Source: a virus. From it: DNA of 64,000 bases. Where the stretch lies: positions 1 through 64,000 of the IMG/VR virus record IMGVR_UViG_3300027985_000891; one strand, written 5' to 3'. The notes beneath the pieces were generated by a model, which did not search any database, was not told the origin of the DNA, and saw only the letters and a program-made list of their open reading frames with translations. Made by a program: the position numbers and the translations under genes. Of this stretch, positions 38,223-47,712 are shown one piece after another (the first letter of the stretch is position 1; each line of letters opens with the position of its first letter).

Positions 38223-39097
38223 TGTAGTACGATTTGATTGATTTTTAAACCTTTTAGTAAAGAGAGGTATAAAAAGTTTGAGATTCTTCCTTCACCATAA
38301 TAACCCAAAGTATATAGGCTCTTAGAGTTAGACAAAAGAATCATTTCAGTCATAGTGTCTTTTACATTATTCCTTTGTGTCTGCGGATCTGTATCGCGAA
38401 GAGGTATGTTGTTCGAAGGATGTCTAAAATTAAATCCCACAGATTTCTCTGTTACTCCTGTATACGTGATTACCGGATATTTAGACTTGACATATTCTTT
38501 AAGATAGGTAGAGTTACTACATACAAAGAACAACTCTTCTTTATGTTGTTCAAAAAATTGATCAATCCTTGGTTTGAAATGATCAACTTCTTCTGGAGTA
38601 TGCCTATCTTCCACTCGAATATGTGCACCCATATGTCCTAAAGTCCTATAGTGTTTAATAGCTGAAGGTTCTACAACGTCTATTTTGATCCTGGGTAAAG
38701 GATGATTCGCAAAACCGGCACAAGAATATGCTATCTGTTGTTGTTGATTATTGACATGCTCTTGAAGTATAGACTGTAATCTGGGCTCACAAAATATATC
38801 TAACCAGTGAGCACCAATCATATCTCTATTCTCTGTAGTATACACATAACTCTTTCCGCTGGGTTCTGTGTTGTATCGAGAGTTAACCTCTTTAATGGGA
38901 ACTGGAATACTGTTCTTATCAATAATATCAAACACACTCATAGTATCTGGCATATAGTAAGCATTACCATTGGTAGTAATCACTACTTCACTCTCATATC
39001 CCATAGCTCTAAACTCACTACATAGATTAACCGCCCAAGTAGTAGAAGCTATAAGATCCCCCAGCCCATATATGAAATTAACCTGAAGCTCTACCAT
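38219..39097 (-). CDS. GT-B fucosyltransferase-like glycosyltransferase (GT11/NodZ/O-FucT superfamily)
   Basis: GLGD N-terminal motif, GAHIRVED (motif I), FFVCSNS (motif II), EMILLS (motif III). Confidence 0.7.
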   Translation of the reverse strand: MVELQVNFIYGLGDLIASTTWAVNLCSEFRAMGYESEVVITTNGNAYYMPDTMSVFDIIDKNSIPVPIKEVNSRYNTEPSGKSYVYTTENRDMIGAHWLDIFCEPRLQSILQEHVNNQQQQIAYSCAGFANHPLPRIKIDVVEPSAIKHYRTLGHMGAHIRVEDRHTPEEVDHFKPRIDQFFEQHKEELFFVCSNSTYLKEYVKSKYPVITYTGVTEKSVGFNFRHPSNNIPLRDTDPQTQRNNVKDTMTEMILLSNSKSLYTLGYYGEGRISNFLYLSLLKGLKINQIVLQ

Positions 39098-39869
39098 GTT
39101 GTATTAAGATCTCTTTACTTCTCATTGCATGTACAATAGCAGGTTGTACATGAATATGTTCATCAGTCATATAGTCTCTAAATACCCATGGCTCATCTGT
39201 TGGGAGTCGACCGGCAAAGTGTCCTGTCCAATCACTTGCCCATAATTCTGGAGCAAGCCTTAGTTGATGCTTGTATACATTGCCCATGAGCATATGACCA
39301 GCATAAGCTAGTGCCGCTTCCTCTGTAAAAGTATGACCTTTAGTCTGAGCATGATTCCAAAACTCATACCCCAGGCGGTGGACGTGAAGTATAGCATCTC
39401 TTTTAACTGTCCATAAACCAGCATTAAGATTGAATACCATCTTAGATCTTACTCCTTTCTCCCACATTAACTGACAGAATTCTGGCAGAGGACATCCCCA
39501 CCAATCTTTTCGATAACCATGATCCTGATTACAATTACTTTCCATAGTAAAATGTATTGGACCATCATGACAATATCTTGTCATATCCCCGGGATGTCTA
39601 ACAAAATAGGAGTCAGCATCTATAAATGTAAAGTATTCATAGAACTGTCGACCTACATCTTTTAAGTAGTCCAGCTTAAACAAATAATGATTGTTGTTCT
39701 GGAAACCATATGGTAATTGGATGGTCTGTGTGTTAGGATCACTAATTTCTCTATCGGCAAATACAACGAAGGGTTCATCTACACCTACTGCTCTTGCTGA
39801 TCTGATCATTGCTTCTGTCATGTCTGTATACGTTCCAAAGCATACAGTCCAGTAGCACATTTTCTTCAT
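39078..39869 (-). CDS. GT-A fold nucleotide-diphospho-sugar transferase
   Basis: FIDADSYF DxD, NAGLW, EEAAL, IVH. Start placed at ATG 39869 (ATGA overlap with the upstream gene) rather than 39887. Confidence 0.7.
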   Translation of the reverse strand: MKKMCYWTVCFGTYTDMTEAMIRSARAVGVDEPFVVFADREISDPNTQTIQLPYGFQNNNHYLFKLDYLKDVGRQFYEYFTFIDADSYFVRHPGDMTRYCHDGPIHFTMESNCNQDHGYRKDWWGCPLPEFCQLMWEKGVRSKMVFNLNAGLWTVKRDAILHVHRLGYEFWNHAQTKGHTFTEEAALAYAGHMLMGNVYKHQLRLAPELWASDWTGHFAGRLPTDEPWVFRDYMTDEHIHVQPAIVHAMRSKEILIQHGRASG

Positions 39870-40897
39870 GTTAATGCTTCTTCCCACATTCGAACATGAT
39901 CCTCATAGTTGCAGAGTTCTTCACGAGCATGCTCACTGCAACGTTTAGACATGTCAAACCGGTATTCTAGGTTATGAAATAAGATCTTAATTATCTGTTT
40001 CCACTCATAGATATCATCTACAATGAAACCAGTTTGTTTATCCTTGATAAGATTTTCTAAGTTGTGACCAGACTGGACAATTGGAATAGCTCCAGTAAGC
40101 ATTGCTTCTACTGTACTTCTTCCCCAAGACTCTATAAAGTTATGTCCCAGGGGATAAGCAAAGATATCCAATCCGTATAGAAAGTCTTTAACCGGCATTG
40201 CATTTGGCTCAAGAAGCGTCCATCGATACTTTCTTTTCCAATTATGCCAGGCATACTTGCGCTTTAAATCTTCATCCCATGCCATCACTCGAAAAGCTAT
40301 TCTTCTAGGATCTAAACCTTCTACCATTTCTTCATAAAAGACAGGGAAATCTTCTGGATACTTATAACTATCTGCCCGGGATACTCTACCGATACCAATA
40401 GTCTCAGATGATCTTAACCTAAAAGGGAACAAATCAGGATTGATATAATTACCTGTCATCACCCAGGGAATATTAGGAGGATAGGTAAGTCTGGCTCGTT
40501 GTACTTCAGAGACATAAAGAACTTTACTGATATAGCCTTTATTGATGTAATCCATTTCCTGAGTATGGTGCCACATCATTTCAGAAGACCAGATGATTTT
40601 TAGTCCTTTATTGTATGCGTCTTCTACAAACTTGTCTTTAAAAAAGTAAGGGTTACAAAGCGAGAGTGCAATGTCTCCCGGTTGGTAACCCTTCATATCC
40701 TCTTTTAAACCGTAGCTAATCCCTAGCGAGTCCAGATATGCAGTCATCGCATTTGGCGGATCATACATTTCTGGTGCATTCGCTATACACATCACTTGAT
40801 CAAACAATTCTTTGAAGATCGGAAGTGTGTGATACATCTTTGTGTCAGCACCACCCAATTCTCCGGGCATGCCGTATATCCATAGTCGTCTACTCAC
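39866..40897 (-). CDS. GT4-family glycosyltransferase
   Basis: GGAD N-terminal motif, ESWGRSTVEAMLTG (E-x7-E), TGFIV. Confidence 0.85.
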   Translation of the reverse strand: MSRRLWIYGMPGELGGADTKMYHTLPIFKELFDQVMCIANAPEMYDPPNAMTAYLDSLGISYGLKEDMKGYQPGDIALSLCNPYFFKDKFVEDAYNKGLKIIWSSEMMWHHTQEMDYINKGYISKVLYVSEVQRARLTYPPNIPWVMTGNYINPDLFPFRLRSSETIGIGRVSRADSYKYPEDFPVFYEEMVEGLDPRRIAFRVMAWDEDLKRKYAWHNWKRKYRWTLLEPNAMPVKDFLYGLDIFAYPLGHNFIESWGRSTVEAMLTGAIPIVQSGHNLENLIKDKQTGFIVDDIYEWKQIIKILFHNLEYRFDMSKRCSEHAREELCNYEDHVRMWEEALT

Positions 40898-40905
40898 ACA
40901 TTAAA

Positions 40906-40939
40906 GATAATCCTTCTATTTTATTTTAGAAGGATTATC
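40906..40939. terminator. Perfect 13-bp inverted repeat (terminator/attenuator or operator) just upstream of the glycosylation cassette
   Basis: GATAATCCTTCTA (40906-40918) and TAGAAGGATTATC (40927-40939) with an 8-nt loop; followed on the minus strand by TTT and then the GTG start at 40897. Confidence 0.55.
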
Positions 40940-40949
40940 CTTGATGTTT

Positions 40950-43900
40950 TTATGCACATCCGCAACATGCATCGACAAACGCTTGTGTCAGTACAACAGT
41001 ATTAGATTGATCTGTTCTATTCAACGTTCCACAGTTTGCAGTATTGATCTGGAAGGTAGCTATTGCATACCAGTTACTACTTGTATCTACATCACAGTTA
41101 GATGCTGAAAGTATATGTCCTCCTTTTATAGAAAGAATAGCACCTACTTGACTTATAATCAAGTTTCCAGAGTTACCAAACGCAGGAACATTGACACCAT
41201 TTACATAGACATCTACATTCCATGTACCAGATACTCCACTTGTTCCTCCAGTTCCACAGCAGATATTAATAAACTCCTCAAACCTCAAGTCTATTTCATA
41301 ACCTGGAGCACACTCATCTCGACACTGGAATGCCGGTATGGTATAAGTGAATGTTCCAAGTCCATCACTACATGTGTTCGGTTGGCTTGAACTAGCTGGC
41401 GCATTAGAACTTGATGGCGCTCTACTTGAACTAGGTCTGACACTAGAACTTGCTCCTGCCGGTTGTGAACTAGCCGGTGCATTAGAAGAACTTGGTAATC
41501 TGCTTGAACTTGCAGCCGGTGAATTAGATGACGTACCTGCTGGAGATGAAGCTGCAGGCGGATTAGAGCTTGCAGGTGAACATCCACACATTGTAAAGTC
41601 AGCATCGGTTACTGTTCTTGTACGCTCGATGTGTCGATTAGAATAAGTACAGTTGTTAGCTACTAATGTAATATCAGCTATTAAAGTGTACGTTCCAGCA
41701 GGATCAGATCCACAACTTAGTGTCACGAAAGACGGCAAGTTGAAGTTAATATCCGATCCAATCGTTCCAATCGTATTACCACTGGCTACTATTGAGTTAT
41801 CAGGTCTTCTGACACTCCACGCAGCCATTGCACTTGTAACATCACAACATGTGTTGTAAGAAACAATTATATCAGCAAGATTTAATTTCACAGTAGCTCC
41901 AACACATCCTACTGTCATGGTACCACCACTAATTGTAGTTGTTGATGTACAAGGAGGTGGTGCACCTGAACTAGCAGCTTGGACAGAGCTAGAAGGATCT
42001 GCTGCCGGAGCATTACTAGAACTGGCCGGTACACTTGAACTAGCTCCTGAACTAGCTGGTATGTTAGACGAGCTAGGTGTAGGACTACTAGAACTTGGTG
42101 CATTACTAGAACTTGGAGCAATACATGACAAACCAGGATCTGGGTTAACAAATCCGGCATTAAACGTACATCCGTTTGAATCAGTTATCTCTACTTCTGG
42201 CGGATCAAGTGGATCTGCACCATCAATTCTTAGTCCTGATACTGAACCAGTACCACTTAGAATACTTAATGATGATCCAGTTGCTATGCTTCCACATCCA
42301 CCTACAACAATTGAATAAGTACCTGGTCCATCGCATTCGGTTTCAAATGACGGACTACATGGTGTAACCAATGTAATTGCCCAAGTATCTACACAAATAG
42401 ATCCTACATGAACTGTACCACCTGAATCTACCATGGTACCAGCAACTGCACCTGTTACATTAGTTAATGTAACTGTACCAGCTGGAGGTATGGTAAAGTT
42501 CCATTGTACACCTTCATAAGTAATATAATAGTCACCAGGATTTCCTTGGAAAGTAAGATCTACATATTCATTACATCCTAGAATATCATATCCAATCAAT
42601 GTTGGTAAACAACATAATTGTTTTTGATCATCATCCGTACAAGGTAAACATTCTGCAAATACATCATATGTTGCACCTACAATTGTATACCCTAAAGGAA
42701 GATAAGAAGTAAAGTTAGTAGGTGCTCCTACAAACTCATCCCATAATTCTTCACCATCCAGTGACCAGGTAAATTTAACTCGTTTTGCATTTGGATTATC
42801 TGCTACTAAACCTACAGATTGAGTAAACTCTGGAAGAACAGTACCAGCAGGAGAAACTAAGAAATTAACTACAGCATCCTGATAGGTACAATTGTCTTCC
42901 AATCCAAAGTCTCTTATTTCAAACTTCACTGGAATATATGCCGTACCAAGATCAATACTTTCTTGAAGTACTGCAGTAGCAATTTTAGTTTGACCAAAAG
43001 CTAACTGTATAAATACTTTACCAATATAAAGTGCTCCGTCTGTATCTGTGGCCTCAACTCTAATCGGTATAGTACTATTGGCTGCAGCAGCATCTAACTG
43101 GAAGTAAAATCCAGTTGGATTCTCTATTAATTGAGTACCATCAAGTTCATTATATACCTTGACCGTATCAATATTTGATAAACTAATCAGATCAGTAGTA
43201 CCATCTTTTACGTAAACATTTAAGTCTAATAGTATATCCGAAGGTTGACCAGTCAAACTAGCAGTGACATTTACAGTCATTGTGTTTGGTGTAACTGCAA
43301 AATTCTTCATTACAGTCACAGAACCGGTTCCTTCTACAGAACTAGCACCGGTAACAGTTACTTGATTGACAGGTCCTACATCATCTCGTCCAGCCCATAC
43401 ACTTCCAGATGTTACTCCAATATCTTCATAACCCATTAAATGAGCAGTGAATGGAATAGTAACAGTTGTATCATCCATGGTGATTCCGGACACATTGATA
43501 TCGACATGCCACAATCCTTGGTTACATGGACAGATCGAAGGATCAACTTCAGCTTTTAACCTGCAAGCATTGTCTTCGCTATACTCTGTAATAAAGACAC
43601 TCAGATTGCAACCTCCAGCCTGGAAAGTAACATCTTCATCGTTACAAGCCACATCATTGGCTGTTACTTTAATCTGATTATTTTCAACATATCCAGACAG
43701 TGTCCATCGACCTGGGCCATTTTGAGAAAGTGTAAGTGGTCCTCCAGAGGTATGACCTAATGAATCTACAGTATCACCTGTAGTAAGATTCTCTGCAGAA
43801 AGTACATAATCAGTACCACCTACTACAATAATATCTGAAAAAGTAGCAGTAATTTGATTTACTTGAACTCTAAAGCTATCACAGCAGTTCGAAGTAAGTG

Positions 43901-46766
43901 ACGGTAAAACAATATTTACTGGATCACATCCTCCTCTCTGGGCCCTGATTACTAATGCATCCGTATTAGATAGAGTATTAAGTGTAGCGCATACATCTAC
44001 TAGCTGAGTTAAAGTACCGTTAGAATTAACAATACTATATTCAACTCCATCTGCCGGTTGACATATAATATCTCCACCACAGTATCGTTCGATCAATCCT
44101 ACATTAGCACTACAGCAATCTTCCTGTACAGTAACTTCTATTGGAGGACATCCACATTTCCAGTATACCGTTGCAGTATATGTTCCAATAGGTAATTTGA
44201 TAGACAGATTAGTAGATAAAGTAAACCCGTTTATTTCAATATAGTCTACTAGACATCCACCAGTCTTATCCTTGTTAGGGAATGTTACAGTAAATTCGCT
44301 AAGATCCTCATTACATACGGTAGTTGGATCGTCAATTTCTAACTCTCCATCTCCATCCAGCTCATAAGTTTTGACACATTGTTCTTCAGTATCACAACTT
44401 AAACCGTATTTGATTTCTTGAAAAGGAGTAGTAGAACAGAACTTCTGACCAATAGGAGCCGCATCACCAATCCAGGTAATTTTCTGATCACCAAATTCAA
44501 CAAAGAACTCTAGATCTTCATTAGGTGTACAGGTATCAAAACTATCAATAGTGATACAACTGTTGCAGCTATTTGGATCTACTGTGTAATCAAGTTCCTC
44601 CGGATTACAGAATACGATGTATCGATTAGCATCTGTATCGCAAGAGCAATCCACTTTAAGTGAATATTCATGACAAGATTCTAACCATTCATAAGGTGGT
44701 CGAGTAATTACATCTGTATAGATCGGACCACCAGGTATGTAAGATTTTCTTACTGCTGTACCGTCTTTGAACCATCGGAAGAATGGATCTCTACATACAG
44801 AAGAAGTAATTGTTGTACCGATAGGATTAGAGAATCCTGAACCGGTAACAAAATTCAACCACTGATTATTTTGATTGATGTTGTAGTCTCCAATAGTAAC
44901 TCCTCCCTGATATACACACTTGTTCGGGAAGTTCATATTGGAGCTCTGGAAGAAACGTACTCTTACGGAAGTTGCTTCTCGTTGAGTAGTAGCATCTACT
45001 TGCTGGCGTACACCAATCTTAGGTAACTGAGTAGCCGGGAATAATAATGTGGCTGTTGTACCAGAAGATGGGAAAGAAGCAGTCTTCGTTTCTCCCTGGG
45101 TCGTAGATGATCCTTGGAACTCATAACGACCGGTCACTGGATTCAAGACATAGATGCTATATACTATGCTTGCCATCATGGTGATTACACCAGACGTTGG
45201 AGGTTCATTATCTGCAATGTTGTCATTGGCAAAATCATCCAGTAAAGGATTCGTATCCGGACTAAATCCATTATAAGATCCTTTTCTAGCTTCAGCCTTA
45301 AAGATCAGACTGTAGAAGTTAGCATCTTCGCCGGCACGTTGTCCTTTAATATCCAAAGTAAGTGGTGAACAGGAGCAGCAATTCTCCATAACCAGTTCAC
45401 CGGTGATAGAACAGTTATCATCATCTTTGATGATATTCAGACTATCACTACAAGTCTTATCTCCTCCTTCACAATTTCCATTTACACAAACACATCCTTC
45501 ATGTGAAGTACAATTGGATATTGGACTGCATGTAAAGTTTCCACAAGAAACACACTGTCCATTTACACAAGTACATCCTACTGCACAATCGAAAGAAGTA
45601 TCACAATCTCCTACACATCGATCAGGTACACACTTATTATTGAAACATTCACATCCAAGTGCTTTGGTACATTCTGTCGTTAGACAAGAGAGAAGATCGC
45701 ATGGAGTACAAGTTCCATTGTAACATCCACAACCTTCTGGACAATCGACTCCAGTAGTACATGGAATATCTTTACAAGGATTATTAATACATTTTTGAAG
45801 TGATGGTGAACAATAGCATGGATCTTCACATCCAGAGGCACATGTACCTTTACATGGGAAACATGCACAATCTTGAGCTGTTACTGCATCACAATAATCT
45901 GTGACTTTACTACAGTCTCCTTCATCACAATCACATCGCTCAAGACATTTACATTCACCATCTACATTGACAGCTATCTTACCGGCACATTGTTGACGTA
46001 CACATACTCCCAGTTCACATCGAAGACAAGGATCAATAATAGTACAGTCAGCATCTGATGTACAATCTGGTTCTTCGATACATATCCCACCTACACGGAC
46101 AAATCCTGGGCAACATACACAGCTACCACCTTCACAGCATTCATTAGATCCATCACAATCACTGGCTGAACAACATTCTACACAAGCCCCAGGAGAGCCG
46201 AATTGTCCTTCTGAATCGCAACATCCAGGACATGGCTTAGGAATACATGTTCCTTGTTCACATATAGAACAAACATCACAGTCTGAATCATTGGAACAAT
46301 TATCACAACATCCTGTCAAAGGATTTAATACTGTACCGGGAGGACAAACACATCGACCTCCTATACAGACTTGATTACATGGACATGGATTGTCTTCATC
46401 ACAATCACAACAAATGAATGTGCCTTCACTTATCTCACAACACTGTTGACCAGTCTCACAAGTAGATACACATACATTACATTCACAAATTTCACATGGT
46501 CCACAATCAGTCTTACTATCGCAAAGACATACTTCTTTGACTATAGGAGCACAATTGTCACAATCAGCACAACGTATAATGAACGTAAGGCAGACATCTT
46601 TCAAGTCTCCCTCTAACACTTCTACAGTATATATTCCTTTGGCTTCATCTTTACAAGGCAATGCTGCCCCGGTTTTGCCGGCATACTCTACTATAGGACA
46701 AGGACAAAGTATACCGTTGTTGTATACTTTCCCTATGACAATATCGAATGTTCTCGTACTAGCCAT
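40950..46766 (-). CDS. Giant Cys-rich virion surface/fibre protein with EGF/EB-like repeats, beta-sandwich domains and two Ser/Pro/Ala mucin-like linkers
   Basis: 1938 aa. About 90 Cys (manual count) in the first ~465 aa in CxxDxDC...CxCxxGxC units; two PASSS-repeat tracts near the C-terminus. Confidence 0.75.
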   Translation of the reverse strand: MASTRTFDIVIGKVYNNGILCPCPIVEYAGKTGAALPCKDEAKGIYTVEVLEGDLKDVCLTFIIRCADCDNCAPIVKEVCLCDSKTDCGPCEICECNVCVSTCETGQQCCEISEGTFICCDCDEDNPCPCNQVCIGGRCVCPPGTVLNPLTGCCDNCSNDSDCDVCSICEQGTCIPKPCPGCCDSEGQFGSPGACVECCSASDCDGSNECCEGGSCVCCPGFVRVGGICIEEPDCTSDADCTIIDPCLRCELGVCVRQQCAGKIAVNVDGECKCLERCDCDEGDCSKVTDYCDAVTAQDCACFPCKGTCASGCEDPCYCSPSLQKCINNPCKDIPCTTGVDCPEGCGCYNGTCTPCDLLSCLTTECTKALGCECFNNKCVPDRCVGDCDTSFDCAVGCTCVNGQCVSCGNFTCSPISNCTSHEGCVCVNGNCEGGDKTCSDSLNIIKDDDNCSITGELVMENCCSCSPLTLDIKGQRAGEDANFYSLIFKAEARKGSYNGFSPDTNPLLDDFANDNIADNEPPTSGVITMMASIVYSIYVLNPVTGRYEFQGSSTTQGETKTASFPSSGTTATLLFPATQLPKIGVRQQVDATTQREATSVRVRFFQSSNMNFPNKCVYQGGVTIGDYNINQNNQWLNFVTGSGFSNPIGTTITSSVCRDPFFRWFKDGTAVRKSYIPGGPIYTDVITRPPYEWLESCHEYSLKVDCSCDTDANRYIVFCNPEELDYTVDPNSCNSCITIDSFDTCTPNEDLEFFVEFGDQKITWIGDAAPIGQKFCSTTPFQEIKYGLSCDTEEQCVKTYELDGDGELEIDDPTTVCNEDLSEFTVTFPNKDKTGGCLVDYIEINGFTLSTNLSIKLPIGTYTATVYWKCGCPPIEVTVQEDCCSANVGLIERYCGGDIICQPADGVEYSIVNSNGTLTQLVDVCATLNTLSNTDALVIRAQRGGCDPVNIVLPSLTSNCCDSFRVQVNQITATFSDIIVVGGTDYVLSAENLTTGDTVDSLGHTSGGPLTLSQNGPGRWTLSGYVENNQIKVTANDVACNDEDVTFQAGGCNLSVFITEYSEDNACRLKAEVDPSICPCNQGLWHVDINVSGITMDDTTVTIPFTAHLMGYEDIGVTSGSVWAGRDDVGPVNQVTVTGASSVEGTGSVTVMKNFAVTPNTMTVNVTASLTGQPSDILLDLNVYVKDGTTDLISLSNIDTVKVYNELDGTQLIENPTGFYFQLDAAAANSTIPIRVEATDTDGALYIGKVFIQLAFGQTKIATAVLQESIDLGTAYIPVKFEIRDFGLEDNCTYQDAVVNFLVSPAGTVLPEFTQSVGLVADNPNAKRVKFTWSLDGEELWDEFVGAPTNFTSYLPLGYTIVGATYDVFAECLPCTDDDQKQLCCLPTLIGYDILGCNEYVDLTFQGNPGDYYITYEGVQWNFTIPPAGTVTLTNVTGAVAGTMVDSGGTVHVGSICVDTWAITLVTPCSPSFETECDGPGTYSIVVGGCGSIATGSSLSILSGTGSVSGLRIDGADPLDPPEVEITDSNGCTFNAGFVNPDPGLSCIAPSSSNAPSSSSPTPSSSNIPASSGASSSVPASSSNAPAADPSSSVQAASSGAPPPCTSTTTISGGTMTVGCVGATVKLNLADIIVSYNTCCDVTSAMAAWSVRRPDNSIVASGNTIGTIGSDINFNLPSFVTLSCGSDPAGTYTLIADITLVANNCTYSNRHIERTRTVTDADFTMCGCSPASSNPPAASSPAGTSSNSPAASSSRLPSSSNAPASSQPAGASSSVRPSSSRAPSSSNAPASSSQPNTCSDGLGTFTYTIPAFQCRDECAPGYEIDLRFEEFINICCGTGGTSGVSGTWNVDVYVNGVNVPAFGNSGNLIISQVGAILSIKGGHILSASNCDVDTSSNWYAIATFQINTANCGTLNRTDQSNTVVLTQAFVDACCGCA
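41380..41580 (-). repeat. P/A-x-S-S-(S) low-complexity coding repeat, tract 1
   Basis: SPASSNPPAASSPAGTSSNSPAASSSRLPSSSNAPASSQPAGASSSVRPSSSRAPSSSNAPASSSQP. Confidence 0.85.
41953..42120 (-). repeat. P/A-x-S-S-(S) low-complexity coding repeat, tract 2
   Basis: APSSSNAPSSSSPTPSSSNIPASSGASSSVPASSSNAPAADPSSSVQAASSGAPPP. Confidence 0.85.
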
Positions 46767-47712
46767 CGTAGTCTTTGTTCAATTTTTTAATAAAAGCTTC
46801 AGGATCCTTCAGATACTCACTGTCCGAAAGATCGACGCCATATTTTTCAAGAGCCTGGATATTAGGTATATCCTCTGCTTTCAGTGTAAACAATGGATAC
46901 TCAGAAGTCTGCGTTTGTAACAAAACAATTGGTTCCTGCGGATCACAATCATCTATGGATAAGCAGCATCCATTTTCATAAACACAACTGATTATATCCA
47001 TACTCAAATTACATTCCATAAGCCTGGCACAGAAATCAGCTGTTAGTTCACACTTGTGTTTTTGGATATGTAGATCCAATCCTATATCACATTTATGACT
47101 CTTAACCATTATGTCAAAATCAAGATCGCATCTTTCTTTTGCTGTAGCACAAACTTCTACCTGAGTATTACACTTTTCTTCACAAACATGTGCTGCTACT
47201 ACAATATCACAAGGTATTAGCTTGGCACATATGTCTGCAGTAATATCACAGGCAATTGTTGTTTCAATACTTTTTACTTCCAGCTCGAGATCACAAAGAA
47301 TATCATATACTAGATACTCCCAACGTTCTCGAGCTACACAGTAAGGATTTCTGGCAATCCAGGCATCCACATTAGTCTTGTCAACAATTAGATCTGGCCT
47401 ATTTAAATCATCGCAAGATGCTGTCAATTTTTTAACTCGTTCGTATAAAAGCTGTAATTCATCACAACTTAGACAGGGTCTTCCTCCCATCATTCGACAT
47501 TGAAACTCTTGTTCCAAATGATATCGATATCGTTGCAATCTTTCAATTTTCGTTTCTGCTTCTACATCACATGTCCAGTCATGATAAAGCAGATCTTTCA
47601 AAGCTTTTCCGAGCTTAAACTCAGTCACTTTTGACTCGAGTATTAGTTTGTCAATATCCACTGCACTACATGCACAGGGATCAAAACATTCATATCTAAC
47701 GCAACAGTCCAT
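46759..47712 (-). CDS. Cys-rich structural protein with 13-14 aa C-D-(I/L) repeats
   Basis: 317 aa, coupled to both neighbours. Repeated CDLELEV / CDITADI / CDIVVAA / CDLDFDI / CDIGLDL / CELTADF. Confidence 0.65.
   Translation of the reverse strand: MDCCVRYECFDPCACSAVDIDKLILESKVTEFKLGKALKDLLYHDWTCDVEAETKIERLQRYRYHLEQEFQCRMMGGRPCLSCDELQLLYERVKKLTASCDDLNRPDLIVDKTNVDAWIARNPYCVARERWEYLVYDILCDLELEVKSIETTIACDITADICAKLIPCDIVVAAHVCEEKCNTQVEVCATAKERCDLDFDIMVKSHKCDIGLDLHIQKHKCELTADFCARLMECNLSMDIISCVYENGCCLSIDDCDPQEPIVLLQTQTSEYPLFTLKAEDIPNIQALEKYGVDLSDSEYLKDPEAFIKKLNKDYDG

Noticed and set aside
34618-40897. Host capsule/O-antigen locus or serotype-conversion cassette
   Set aside because: No flippase, polymerase, undecaprenyl-phosphate transferase or GtrAB-like membrane proteins, and it is embedded in the late structural operon. 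Not fully excluded without experiments.
40950-47712. Eukaryotic contamination or chimera suggested by EGF-like and mucin-like sequence
   Set aside because: No introns, same composition, overlapping coupling with phage genes, and the Ser motif is shared with other phage genes.
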